Of a stretch of DNA of 35,346 nucleotides, positions 17,348 through 27,000 are shown in pieces. The stretch is from the NCBI GenBank assembly GCA_035549815.1, contig DASZQC010000142.1:1-35346 (forward strand), in the 5' to 3' direction. The position numbers were made by a program, and so were the translations under genes. The stretch is from Dongiaceae bacterium. Lineage in GTDB: Bacteria > Pseudomonadota > Alphaproteobacteria > Dongiales > Dongiaceae. Every line of letters starts with the position of its first letter. Position 1 is the first letter of the stretch. The notes below the pieces were generated by a model, which saw nothing but the letters and a program-made list of their open reading frames with translations, was not told where the DNA came from and did no database searches.

Positions 17348-18136
17348 TCAGGAGACGGACGGCGTAATGACCTCGACCCCGGACTGGCGCAGCGCGTTGG
17401 CGAGGATGCCGCCGGGCGCGCGATCGGTCACCAGCGTGTTCAGCTCGCGCAGCGGGCACACCAGCGCCAGGCTGCTCTGGTCGAACTTGCCGTGGTCCAT
17501 CAGGGCCACGCGCCGCCGGGAGCGCGACATGATGGCGCGCTTGATCGCGGTGATGCCGGGATTGGTTTCGTTCAGGCCCGCCTCGGTGATGCCGGTGGAG
17601 CCGATGAAAGCGGTGCTGGCATGGAATTGCTGCAGGAACGACACCGTCTCCGCGCCCATCACGATGCTCTCGCGCGGATAATAGGTGCCCGGGCACATCA
17701 CCACCGTGATGCCGGAATTCTGGCCCGCCGTGGCCGCGATGTTGAGGCATGGGGTGATGACGGTCAGATCCTTGCCTTCGGCCGCCAGCACCTGCGCGAA
17801 ATGCAGCACGGTGGAGCCGGCTTCCAACATCAGCACGTCGCCGGGTTCGACCAGGCGCATGGCCATGCGGGCGATCAGGGCGCGCTCCTCACGCATCTGA
17901 TCGTGCCGGTCGGTCCAGGCAGGTTCCAGGCTGAATGGCTTGGCGACCGCGCCGCCATAGGTGCGGTTGACCACGCCCGCCTCGCCCAGTTCGGCCAAAT
18001 CGCGGCGGATAGTCTCGCCCGAGACGTTCAGTTCCTTCGCCAGCTCGGAAATGCGCAGGGCCGCGTTGGCGCGGAGCGTGTCCATGATCCGCCGGTGGCG
18101 ATCCGACTTTTTCTTGGCGCGACGTGTGAGTTCCAT
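17348..18136 (-). CDS. DeoR/GlpR-family regulator (paralog of the adjacent gene)
   Basis: ISELAKELNVSGETIRRDLAEL..RTYGGA; EAGST; DHGKF. Confidence 0.93.
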   Translation of the reverse strand: MELTRRAKKKSDRHRRIMDTLRANAALRISELAKELNVSGETIRRDLAELGEAGVVNRTYGGAVAKPFSLEPAWTDRHDQMREERALIARMAMRLVEPGDVLMLEAGSTVLHFAQVLAAEGKDLTVITPCLNIAATAGQNSGITVVMCPGTYYPRESIVMGAETVSFLQQFHASTAFIGSTGITEAGLNETNPGITAIKRAIMSRSRRRVALMDHGKFDQSSLALVCPLRELNTLVTDRAPGGILANALRQSGVEVITPSVS

Positions 18137-18793
18137 ATCCGTCCCCGCAGATCCGACCTGCGCGGCAACAGGGCCGGCGGGTCGCTCTTGGTCGTCTTTT
18201 TCGCTGGGACATGGTTAGCACGTCTCCCGGGGTCTTGACGAGAAGCCAGACGCCCACAGCGACGCAAGTTCCACAAAACCGCATCGGTAGAACGGACTTC
18301 CACGGAATGTTCCCGGCGATGCGGAGGGCGGCACGCCAAATGTCTGGATCAATATTTCTCTGTCGATCAGCCACATAGCCTATGCGCCATGATCGACGCC
18401 GGCATATGCGTCGATAATGTGTAATCTGTCAACCAACGAAATTGAGAATTGGAGGGTCGGGCGTAAAAAGCAGCGCTGCTTCGGTCCCGAATTCTCGGAA
18501 AGGACAATCATTTCCGCGGTATTACAATGATATGGCAGATCGTTCTGGTGTGATGACAAATGTGGAAATCACAAGAACAGGATCACAGCTTTGTGGATTT
18601 CGTGATAATTTCCAATTCTAGTGTGCATTTTGTGTGGAGGTTCGTTCATTTTACGCCATGATGATGAGAGGAAAGATGATCGCAAGGCGTGAGTCCGTCG
18701 CGTCCAACTGGCCCGGCTCGGCGCGCCCTCGCCGAGCCGGGTTCTTGTTAAGCAGGGCTGGCTTTGGGAGCCGTCGCCATTAGAGTCGCGGCC

Positions 18794-19657
18794 ATGGCGG
18801 ACGGATCCAGCGTATCCATCTCCCGGCACGACACAGGGGCCCATAGCTGGGCCATGGCCTCGCGCGCGCCGGAGCCGCGCCTGCGTTCCTGCGTCACGGA
18901 TTATGTCGGCTATCGCGAATCGGCTCAGCGCCCGATGCGCCGGCTGCAGGCGCCGTTCGCCGGCATCCCCATGATCCTGACCTTCGGGCCGAAGATCGAC
19001 ATCATCAACGGCGACCGCGCGGCGGCGCGCGACACGCATCGCAGCTTTCTGGCCGGACTGCACGACGTCCACGTCTTCACCGAATATCTGGGCGATCAGC
19101 GCGGCCTTCAGGTGAACTTCACCCTGTTCGGCGCCTATCGCCTGCTCAACATCGCCATGTCGGACATCGCCAATCGCTGCATCGATCTCGGCGACCTGCT
19201 GGGCGCGGAGGCACCGCGCCTGATCGACCGGCTGCACGACGCCCGGGACTGGCCGGCGCGGTTCGAGATCATGGACTAGTTCCTGCTGCAACGCCTGTCC
19301 GCGGGCCGTCCGATGTCGCCGGACATCGCCTGGGCGTTAAGGGCGCTGCAGGAGAGCAAGGGCGGCCGCACCATTGGCGCACTGACCCGCGCGCTGGGTT
19401 GCAGCCGCCGGCACCTGATCCAACGATTCCATGCGCAAGTGGGGCTCGGTCCGAAGGCCGTCGCCGGCATCCTGCGTTTCGAGCACGCGGTGGAAACGAT
19501 CCGGTCCGCCGACGAGCAAAGCTGGGCCGACCTCGCAATTGCCTGCGGCTATTACGACCAGGCGCATTTCAACCGCGATTTCCGCCGCTATTCCGGCCGC
19601 ACGCCGACCGAATTCCGCGCCGCGCTCCTGCCCGACGGCGGCGGCGTGGCCGGCTGA
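18794..19657 (+). pseudogene. AraC-family regulator interrupted by an in-frame TAG at 19277-19279
   Basis: ORFs 18764-19279 and 19313-19657 are in the same frame. The read-through ..FEIMD*FLLQRLSAGRPMSPDIAWA.. is seamless, and the C-terminus has the AraC HTH (SRRHL..VGLGPK..LRF..GYYDQAHFNRDFRR). Confidence 0.82.
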
Positions 19658-19741
19658 TCTCCGGTCAAATTCATCCAAGACCGGCAACCCGCCGCCCGCT
19701 AGCCTTGTTGCATCTCAAGACCCCAGCGGATGGAGTGACCC

Positions 19742-20146
19742 ATGGCCGATAGGATTGGCGTTCCCAACATCTTCCCCGCGCTCAAATACAAGGACGCGCC
19801 GAAGGCCATCGACTGGCTCGGCAAGGCGTTCGGCTTCGAGAAGCAGTTCGTCGTGCCGGGAGAGCATGACAGCGTGGCGCATGCGCAACTGCGCAACGGC
19901 GCCGGCATGATCATGATGGGCTCCGCCGGCGATCCGGATCCGGCCAATCCGTGGACCACCGAACCGTACGGAGTCTATGTCGTGGTCAAGGACATCGACG
20001 CGCATTACAGCCGCGCCAAGGCGGCGGGCGCGAAGATCGAGCGGCCCCTGGCGGATACCAGCTATGGCGCGCGCGAATATTCCGTGCGCGATTGCGAAGG
20101 TCATCTATGGAGCTTTGGCACCTATGACCCGTATGCGGATTCCTGA
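19742..20146 (+). CDS. VOC/glyoxalase-bleomycin resistance family protein
   Basis: DAPKAIDWLGKAFGF, HAQL, DIDAHYSRAKAAGA, YGAREYSVRDCEGHLWSFGTY. Confidence 0.9.
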   Translation: MADRIGVPNIFPALKYKDAPKAIDWLGKAFGFEKQFVVPGEHDSVAHAQLRNGAGMIMMGSAGDPDPANPWTTEPYGVYVVVKDIDAHYSRAKAAGAKIERPLADTSYGAREYSVRDCEGHLWSFGTYDPYADS

Positions 20147-20158
20147 GAGGCACTGTCC

Positions 20159-20509
20159 ATGCAAGTGAAACGTATCGTTGCGAACATCGCGACCAACGAG
20201 ATCAATGCCGCGAAGCGCTTCTACGGGGAGGCGCTGGGGCTCGATGTGCTGATGGATCACGGCTGGATCGTGACCTACGGCAACAGCGCCAAGATGACCG
20301 TGCAGATCGGCATTGCCAGCGAAGGCGGCTCCGGCACGCCGGTCCCCGATTTGTCAATCGAAGTGGATGATGTTGATGCCGCGCTAAAGCGGATGCGCGA
20401 GGCCGGCTTTGCCGTCGAATACGGCCCCACCAATGAGCCATGGGGTGTGCGCCGCTTCTATGTGCGCGATCCCTTCGGCAAACTGGTCAACATCCTGATG
20501 CACCTTTAA
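20159..20509 (+). CDS. VOC/glyoxalase family protein
   Basis: AKRFY..LGL..MDHGWI, PDLSIEVDDVD, EPWGVRRFYVRDPFGKLVNIL. Confidence 0.9.
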   Translation: MQVKRIVANIATNEINAAKRFYGEALGLDVLMDHGWIVTYGNSAKMTVQIGIASEGGSGTPVPDLSIEVDDVDAALKRMREAGFAVEYGPTNEPWGVRRFYVRDPFGKLVNILMHL

Positions 20510-20955
20510 GCGCGCAGGGCACGCTGGATCGCCTGCTCCAGCGCGTTCAGGAAATTGGTGCGGTCGCGCTGCGAGAAGGCCGGGCCGCCGCCCTTGATCT
20601 CGCCCATGTCGCGCAGTTGCGAGCTCAGCTCGCGCATCGCCAACGCCGCGCCGATGCTGTTCATGGTGAAGGGCCGCCCGCCATGGCCCAGCACCTGGGC
20701 GCCGGCTTTCAGGCAGCGGTCGGCCAACTGGATGTCGCCGGTCACCACGATGTCGCCCGGCGCGAGGTGCTCGACAATCCAATTGTCCGCCGCGTCGAAC
20801 GCATCGCCCACCAGCACATTGCGGATCAGCGGATGGTCGCCGGTCTTGAAGCCGCGATTGCTGACCAGATGCGCCACGATGCTGTGACGCTCCACCACGC
20901 GGCGGATCTCGTCTTTCACGGGGCAGGCGTCGGCATCGACATAAATTTGAGGCAC
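20506..20955 (-). CDS. yaiI: YaiI/YqxD (UPF0178) family protein
   Basis: IYVDADACPVK, DAADNWI, DIVVTGDIQLA, GGPAFSQRDR. Confidence 0.9.
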   Translation of the reverse strand: MPQIYVDADACPVKDEIRRVVERHSIVAHLVSNRGFKTGDHPLIRNVLVGDAFDAADNWIVEHLAPGDIVVTGDIQLADRCLKAGAQVLGHGGRPFTMNSIGAALAMRELSSQLRDMGEIKGGGPAFSQRDRTNFLNALEQAIQRALRA

Positions 20956-21024
20956 GGAATTTCCTGACAGGATCGGTCGTCGATCTTGCTATAGGATCGG
21001 AGGCGCCAGGGGAAGGGGCCCGCA

Positions 21025-21651
21025 ATGATCCTGATCGGCCAGTATGATTCGCCGTTTGTCCGCCGCGTCGGCATCGCGCTGACCATCTATGGCCTGCCAT
21101 TCGAGCATCGCCCCTGGTCCGCCTTCGGCGACGCCGACAAGCTGCGCGCCTATAACCCGCTGACCCGCGTGCCGGCCCTGGTGCTGGACGATGGCGACAC
21201 TCTGATCGACAGTCACCTCATTCTCGATTACCTGGATGGCCAGGTGCCGGCGGAGCGCGCGATGTTTCCCCGGACCGAGCCCGACCGGCATCGTGCGCTG
21301 AAGGTCGCGGCGCTCGCCGCCGGCCTCGCCGACAAGGCGGTCAGCCTGTTCTATGAGCGGCGCCTGCATGAGCAGGCCTCGGCGGCCTGGACCGAGCGCT
21401 ACCGCGCGCAGATGGGCGGCGCGCTCGTGGCGCTGGAGGCCGACCGCGCAACGCGGCCGACTGAATACTGGTTCGGCAGCGAGATCGGCCATGCCGACAT
21501 CGCCGTTGCCTGTGCGCTCCGTTTCGTCGCCGACGTGCATGCGGGGCATGTTTCGCTGGCCGACTATCCCGCGCTCGCGGTCCATGCCGAGCGGTGCGAG
21601 AGACTGCCGGTCTTCCGGGTGGTCTCGCAGCCCTTCATTCCGCCGACCTGA
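21025..21651 (+). CDS. Glutathione S-transferase family protein
   Basis: GQYDSPFVRRV, NPLTRVPAL, LIDSHLILDYLD, ADIAVAC. Confidence 0.92.
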   Translation: MILIGQYDSPFVRRVGIALTIYGLPFEHRPWSAFGDADKLRAYNPLTRVPALVLDDGDTLIDSHLILDYLDGQVPAERAMFPRTEPDRHRALKVAALAAGLADKAVSLFYERRLHEQASAAWTERYRAQMGGALVALEADRATRPTEYWFGSEIGHADIAVACALRFVADVHAGHVSLADYPALAVHAERCERLPVFRVVSQPFIPPT

Positions 21652-21654
21652 GCC

Positions 21655-22089
21655 ATGGCATGCGAGATCAGGCGTCCGCGCGCCGAGGAATCCGCGGCGA
21701 TTCTCGCGCTGGTGTCGGACGTGGTGAATGCGACCTATGGCGCGATCTGGCCGACAAGCCCGATCGAGGTCGCCGAGGAAGATTGGAGCGCCGGCTGGGT
21801 CGCCGCGATATCAAGCGATCCGGTCGGCTGGATGCTGAGCCGTGAACAATGGCTGGAAGATCTCTGGGTTTCCTATGATTTTCACAACCGGGGCGCGGGC
21901 TCGGCGTTGTTGGCACAGGCGGAGCGCGAAATCGCCGCGCGCGGCATCGCGACGGCCCATCTCAGCGTGATCGCATCGAATGTGCGCGCCATCGCGTTCT
22001 ATGAGCGGAACGGCTGGCGCGGTCTGCGCGAAACACCGCACGAGCGGCTGCCTGTCCCGCGGTTGGAGATGATCAAGACGGTCGGATGA
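21655..22089 (+). CDS. GNAT N-acetyltransferase
   Basis: LEDLWV..NRGAGSALL..LSVIASNVRAIAFYERNGW. Confidence 0.85.
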   Translation: MACEIRRPRAEESAAILALVSDVVNATYGAIWPTSPIEVAEEDWSAGWVAAISSDPVGWMLSREQWLEDLWVSYDFHNRGAGSALLAQAEREIAARGIATAHLSVIASNVRAIAFYERNGWRGLRETPHERLPVPRLEMIKTVG

Positions 22090-22092
22090 TCG

Positions 22093-22992
22093 CTAACCCA
22101 CGTCCCCGCCGCTGAAGCCGGGGAACTGCAGCGAGAACAGCGCCAGGATGATCGGCGGCAGGGGCTCGCGGTTGGGGACAATGAGGCCGACCTTGCGCTC
22201 CACATCCGGATCGACGAGGTCGAGCGCGACGGCGCCGGAGGGCATGCCCAGCACCTGGATCAGGGTCTTCGGCACGATGCTGGAGAGCCTGCCGGAGCGG
22301 ACATGGGCGCAGAGATTGACCACCGAGTTGGTCTCGAGCTGCGGCCGCGGCGAGCAATCCAGCGACTTGAACACCCCGTCCAGGATGCGGCGGTTCTGCA
22401 TATTGGGCGTCAGCAGACAAAGCGGCAAGTCGGCAGCCTCGCGCCAGGTGGCGGAGCTGCGGCCTCCGAGCGGCCCTTGTTCCAGCGTCAGCAGCACATA
22501 ACGCTCGATATAAAGCTCGCGATGCAGCACGCCGTGCAGGGGCTCGCTTTCGAGATAGGTGATGCCGGCGTCCAGCTCGAACTGGTCGAGGCCTTTCTGG
22601 ATCTCGATCGAGCTGGTCGACCAGACCGTCACCTTCACCTGCGGATGCCGGTCATAGAGCGGGTCGGTGACGGCCGGCACCAGCGGCAAAGCGGACGGAA
22701 TGACGCCGAGGCGCAAATTGCCGGTCAACGAGCGCCGCGCATTGAGGATGCCCTGGCGCAGCGAGTCCTCGTCGGCCAGCATGCGCCGCGCCCACAGCAG
22801 CACCTCTTGCCCTTCCGGCGTGAAGCCGTTGAAGCGCTTGTCGCGCTCCACGAGAAGCACGCCCAGCTCTTCCTCGAGCTGCCGAATGGCGGCAGACAGG
22901 GCCGGCTGGGTAATGTTGCAGGTGGCCGCGGCGCGGGCGAAGTGCCGCTCCTTGGCGAGGGCGACGAGATAGGAGAGCTGGCGCAGCAGCAC
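22093..22992 (-). CDS. LysR-family regulator (FdsR-like)
   Basis: Start reassigned to GTG 22992: MLLRQLSYLVALAKERHFARAAATCNITQPALSAAIRQLEEELG; substrate domain PLCLLTPNMQNRRI. Lies 16 bp after fdsD. Confidence 0.9.
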   Translation of the reverse strand: MLLRQLSYLVALAKERHFARAAATCNITQPALSAAIRQLEEELGVLLVERDKRFNGFTPEGQEVLLWARRMLADEDSLRQGILNARRSLTGNLRLGVIPSALPLVPAVTDPLYDRHPQVKVTVWSTSSIEIQKGLDQFELDAGITYLESEPLHGVLHRELYIERYVLLTLEQGPLGGRSSATWREAADLPLCLLTPNMQNRRILDGVFKSLDCSPRPQLETNSVVNLCAHVRSGRLSSIVPKTLIQVLGMPSGAVALDLVDPDVERKVGLIVPNREPLPPIILALFSLQFPGFSGGDVG

Positions 22993-23008
22993 GTTCGTGC
23001 GGCCTGCG

Positions 23009-23248
23009 TCAGGCCGACTTTTTCTTGGCCGCGTCCATTTCCGCGAGGCGCTTGACGGCAGCAAGCGCGATCGGCTTCAGGCCGGCGCCCCCGGCATTGG
23101 CCAGATGTGCCTCGATCTCGCGGCGCATGCGCGGATCCCAGAAACTCTTCAAATGGCCGAAGGTGTTCTCGATCGCTTCCGGCTCCGGGTAGGAGACGAA
23201 GAAATCGGCCACTTGATTGGCCATGGTTACCAGACGCTGCGTGGTCAC
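23009..23248 (-). CDS. fdsD: NAD-dependent formate dehydrogenase delta subunit
   Basis: Start GTG 23248 with GAGGGGA RBS: MTTQRLVTMANQVADFF..HLKSFWDPRMR. Confidence 0.9.
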   Translation of the reverse strand: MTTQRLVTMANQVADFFVSYPEPEAIENTFGHLKSFWDPRMRREIEAHLANAGGAGLKPIALAAVKRLAEMDAAKKKSA

Positions 23249-23274
23249 AATTCTTCCCCTCGAAGTCCAATCTG

Positions 23275-24135
23275 TCAGTACAGCCGTTCCGGATGGCTGA
23301 CAAGCACCACGCTGTCCGGCCGCGCCAGGGCCACCATGGTCAGGTTGTGCGCCTCCGCCAGGCGGCGCGCCATCAGGGTCGGCGCGGAAACCGCCACCAG
23401 GATGGGGAAACCGGCGGACACGGCCTTTTGCACCATCTCGAACGAGCATCGGCTGGTGATCACGCAGATGCCGCCGGCCGGGTCGATGTTGCCGCGCACC
23501 AGGCCGCCGATAAGCTTGTCGAGCGCGTTGTGCCGTCCGACATCCTCGCGCACCAGCTTGATCTCGCCCTCGGCCGTGGCGAAGGCGGCGGCGTGCAAGG
23601 ACCGCGCTGCGCGATTGTGAATCTGCGCCTCCGGCAGCGCATCCAGCGCGCGGTGGATCGCTGCGAGCGAGACCTTCAGGTTGTTCTCGACCTTCGGCAG
23701 GTCGCGCACGGTCTGGTCCAGGGAATCGACGCCGCACAGTCCGCAGCCGGTGCGGCCGGCGAGGGTGCGGCGGCGCTCCTTCAGGTGCCAGAAGGCGCGG
23801 GAGGAAAGCTCGATGCGCACCTCGACGCCGTTCTCCACCGGCGCGGCTTCGACCTCGCCGATATCGGCCTTGGTGGCGGCGATGCCTTCACTGATGGAAA
23901 AGCCGACCGCGAAATCCTCGAGATCGGCGGGACTCGCCATCATCACCGCGTGGCTGATGCCGTTATAGACGAGGGCGATGGGGGTTTCTTCCGCCAGCAC
24001 GTCGAGGCGGTCGATGGCGCCGCCGTCGCGGGTGGCGCAGCGGACCGGGATCTGCTGCACAACCGGCGGCAGCGGCGAACCGCCGGCTGCCGTCTCCGTC
24101 GCATCCCGCCCGGCTTTGTCGTGGCCAGCCGACAT
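23275..24135 (-). CDS. fdhD: Formate dehydrogenase sulfurtransferase FdhD/FdsC
   Basis: EETPIAL, DLEDFAVGF, TGCGLCG, LHAAA, REDVGRHNALDKLIG, SRCSFEMVQK, SAPT. Confidence 0.95.
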   Translation of the reverse strand: MSAGHDKAGRDATETAAGGSPLPPVVQQIPVRCATRDGGAIDRLDVLAEETPIALVYNGISHAVMMASPADLEDFAVGFSISEGIAATKADIGEVEAAPVENGVEVRIELSSRAFWHLKERRRTLAGRTGCGLCGVDSLDQTVRDLPKVENNLKVSLAAIHRALDALPEAQIHNRAARSLHAAAFATAEGEIKLVREDVGRHNALDKLIGGLVRGNIDPAGGICVITSRCSFEMVQKAVSAGFPILVAVSAPTLMARRLAEAHNLTMVALARPDSVVLVSHPERLY

Positions 24136-24144
24136 GGCCCTGGA

Positions 24145-26982
24145 TTATTCCGCCGCAGTCGTAGCGATGCGGCGCGTGGCGTCGCGCAACTGGCTGTAGG
24201 AGCGCTGCCATTCGGACTGCTGGTTGCTGAGGCGGACCTGCACGGCGGTCACCTTGTATTCCGGGCAATTGGTCGCCCAGTCGGAGAATTCCGTGGTGAC
24301 CACGTTGGCGCCGGTGCCGACATGGTGGAACGTGGTGTAGACGACGCCGGGCTGCATGCGCTCGGAGATCATCGCTTTCAGCGTCGTCTCGCCGACACGG
24401 CTGGCGATGGCGACATTGTCGCCGTCGCGGATGCCGCGGCTTTCCGCATCGAACGGATGGATCTCCAGCACGTCTTCCGGATGCCAGGCCACGTTCTCCG
24501 TGCGGCGTGTCTGGGCGCCCACGTTATACTGCGACAGGATACGGCCGGTGGTGAGAAGCAACGGAAAGCGCGGGCCGGTGCGCTCGTCGGTCGGCACATA
24601 GGCGGTGATCATGAACTTGCCTTTGCCGCGGACAAAGCCCTTCTCGTGCATGATCGGCGTGCCTTCCGGCGCCGCGTCGTTGCACGGCCACTGAATCGAG
24701 CCCAGCTCACGGATGCGATCGAAGCTGACGCCCTTGAAGGTCGGAGTCATGCGTGCGATCTCGTCCATGATCTCGCTGGGATGCTTGTAGTTCATTGGAT
24801 AACCGAGCGCGTTGCTCAGCATCATGGTGACTTCCCAATCGGCGTAGCCGCCGAGCGGCGGGATCGCCTTGTTCACCAGGGCGATGCGGCGCTCCGCATT
24901 GGTGAAGGTGCCATCCTTCTCCAGGAACGAGGAGCCCGGCAGGAAGACATGCGCGTAGTTCGCCGTCTCGTTCAGGAAGATGTCCTGCACCACCACGCAT
25001 TCCATGGCGGCGAGGCCGGCGGTCACGTGCTGGATGTTCGGGTCGGACTGGGCGATGTCCTCGCCCTGGATGTAGATGCCCTTGAAGCTGCCTTCGACGG
25101 CGCTGTCCAGCATGTTGGGAATGCGCAGGCCCGGCTCTTCATCGAGCGAGACGCCCCAGGCGGTTTCGAACGACTTGCGCACCGTGTCGTCCGATACATG
25201 GCGATAGCCGGTGAATTCGTGCGGGAACGAGCCCATGTCGCAAGCGCCCTGCACGTTGTTCTGGCCGCGCAGCGGATTGATGCCGACGCCGTTGCGACCG
25301 ATATTGCCGGTCGCCATGGCAAGGTTGGCCATCGCCATGACCGTGGTCGAGCCCTGGCTGTGCTCGGTCACGCCGAGACCATAATAGATCGCGGCGTTGC
25401 CGCCGGTGGCATAGAGGCGGGCGGCGGCGCGCACGTCGGCCGCCTTCACGCCGGTGAACTTCTCAACCGCTTCCGGGGAACATTCCGGCTGGGACACGAA
25501 ATCGCGCCACAGCTTGTAGTCTTCCGGCTCGCAACGCTCGGCGACGTATGCCTCGTTGACCAGGCCTTCGGTGACGATCACATGCGCGAGCGCGTTGATC
25601 ATCGCGACGTTGGTGCCCGGACGCAGCGGCAAGTGATAGTCGGCGGCGATATGCGCCGTCTTCACCATGTCGATGCGGCGCGGATCGACGACGATCAGCT
25701 TGGCACCCTCGCGGATGCGGCGCTTCAGGCGGCTGGCGAAGACCGGGTGGCCGTCGGTCGGGTTCGCGCCGATGATCATGGCGACATCGACTTCCTCGAC
25801 GGAATCGAAGTCCTGCGTGCCGGCCGAGGTGCCGAGCGTGGTCTTCAGGCCGTAGCCGGTCGGCGAATGGCAGACGCGGGCACAGGTGTCGACGTTGTTG
25901 TTGCCGAAGGCGGCGCGGATCAGCTTCTGCACCAGATAGGTTTCTTCGTTGGTGCAGCGCGAGGACGTGATGCCGCCGACCGCGCCCTTGCCGTATTTCG
26001 CCTGGATGCGCTTGAACTCGCTGGCGGCATGGTTGATCGCCTCTTCCCAGCTCACTTCCTTCCAGGGGTCGGTGATCTTGGCGCGGATCATCGGCTTGGT
26101 GATGCGGTCGCGATGCGTCGCGTAGCCCCAGGCGAAGCGGCCCTTCACGCAGGAATGGCCGTGGTTCGCCTTGCCGTCCTTGTAGGGCATCATGCGGACG
26201 ACCTGGTCGCCCTTCAGCTCCGCCTTGAAGGTGCATCCCACACCGCAATAGGCGCAGGTGGTGAGCACCGAATGCTCCGGCTGGCCGTTCTCGATGATGG
26301 TGTTCTCCATCAGCGTGGCGGTCGGGCAGGCCTGCACGCAGGCGCCGCAGGAGACGCACTCGGAATCCAGGAAACCGTCCTGCTGGCCCGCCGAGACAAC
26401 GGAAGCGAAGCCGCGCCCATCGATGGTCAGTGCGAAAGTACCCTGCACCTCTTCGCAGGCGCGCACGCAGCGCGAGCAGACGATGCACTTGCTGCCGTCG
26501 AAGGTGAAATAGGGGTTGGAGGTGTCCTTCTCCGACTTCAAATGGTTCTCGCCATCGAAGCCATAGCGCACTTCGCGCAGGCCGACCGCGCCCGCCATGT
26601 CCTGCAGCTCGCAATCGCCGTTGGCGGCGCAAGTCAGGCAGTCCAGCGGGTGATCGGAGATATAGAGCTCCATCACGTTGCGGCGCAGATCGGCGAGGCG
26701 CTTGGTCTGAGTCTTCACCTTCATGCCGTTCTCGGCCGGCGTGGTGCAGGAGGCCGGCGTGCCCTTGCGGCCTTCGATCTCCACCAGGCAGAGGCGGCAG
26801 GAGCCGAAGGAATTCAGGCTGTCGGTGGCGCACAGCTTCGGCACCTTGGTGCCCATCTCTGCCGCGGCGCGCATGACGGAGGTGCCGGCCGGGACGGTGA
26901 CGCTCTGGCCGTCGATCTCCAAAGTGACCATGGCTTCCGCATTGATGGCGGGCGTGCCGTAGTCGGTTTCCTTGATCAGCAT
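24145..26982 (-). CDS. fdsA: NAD-dependent formate dehydrogenase alpha subunit (Mo/W-bisPGD; Cys ligand)
   Basis: 2Fe-2S (GSCRLC..PASC), HPLDCLTC..C, CIVCSRC/CVSCGAC, CAYCGVGC, active site CARVCHSPT, RGQNNVQG. Confidence 0.96.
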   Translation of the reverse strand: MLIKETDYGTPAINAEAMVTLEIDGQSVTVPAGTSVMRAAAEMGTKVPKLCATDSLNSFGSCRLCLVEIEGRKGTPASCTTPAENGMKVKTQTKRLADLRRNVMELYISDHPLDCLTCAANGDCELQDMAGAVGLREVRYGFDGENHLKSEKDTSNPYFTFDGSKCIVCSRCVRACEEVQGTFALTIDGRGFASVVSAGQQDGFLDSECVSCGACVQACPTATLMENTIIENGQPEHSVLTTCAYCGVGCTFKAELKGDQVVRMMPYKDGKANHGHSCVKGRFAWGYATHRDRITKPMIRAKITDPWKEVSWEEAINHAASEFKRIQAKYGKGAVGGITSSRCTNEETYLVQKLIRAAFGNNNVDTCARVCHSPTGYGLKTTLGTSAGTQDFDSVEEVDVAMIIGANPTDGHPVFASRLKRRIREGAKLIVVDPRRIDMVKTAHIAADYHLPLRPGTNVAMINALAHVIVTEGLVNEAYVAERCEPEDYKLWRDFVSQPECSPEAVEKFTGVKAADVRAAARLYATGGNAAIYYGLGVTEHSQGSTTVMAMANLAMATGNIGRNGVGINPLRGQNNVQGACDMGSFPHEFTGYRHVSDDTVRKSFETAWGVSLDEEPGLRIPNMLDSAVEGSFKGIYIQGEDIAQSDPNIQHVTAGLAAMECVVVQDIFLNETANYAHVFLPGSSFLEKDGTFTNAERRIALVNKAIPPLGGYADWEVTMMLSNALGYPMNYKHPSEIMDEIARMTPTFKGVSFDRIRELGSIQWPCNDAAPEGTPIMHEKGFVRGKGKFMITAYVPTDERTGPRFPLLLTTGRILSQYNVGAQTRRTENVAWHPEDVLEIHPFDAESRGIRDGDNVAIASRVGETTLKAMISERMQPGVVYTTFHHVGTGANVVTTEFSDWATNCPEYKVTAVQVRLSNQQSEWQRSYSQLRDATRRIATTAAE

Positions 26983-27000
26983 GGGATTGCTCCTTGAGCC

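Noticed and set aside
19277-19279. Programmed amber (pyrrolysine) read-through
   Set aside because: No pyl genes in the window and the position is not catalytic; a point mutation or sequencing error is simpler.
18569-19291. 240-aa minus-strand ORF
   Set aside because: Antisense to the AraC N-terminal domain; no motifs.
24145-26982. Selenocysteine in FdsA
   Set aside because: The active site reads CARVCH with a Cys codon; there is no in-frame TGA.
23107-26997. 1296-aa plus-strand ORF
   Set aside because: Antisense shadow of fdsA/fdhD caused by high-GC codon bias; no recognisable motifs.
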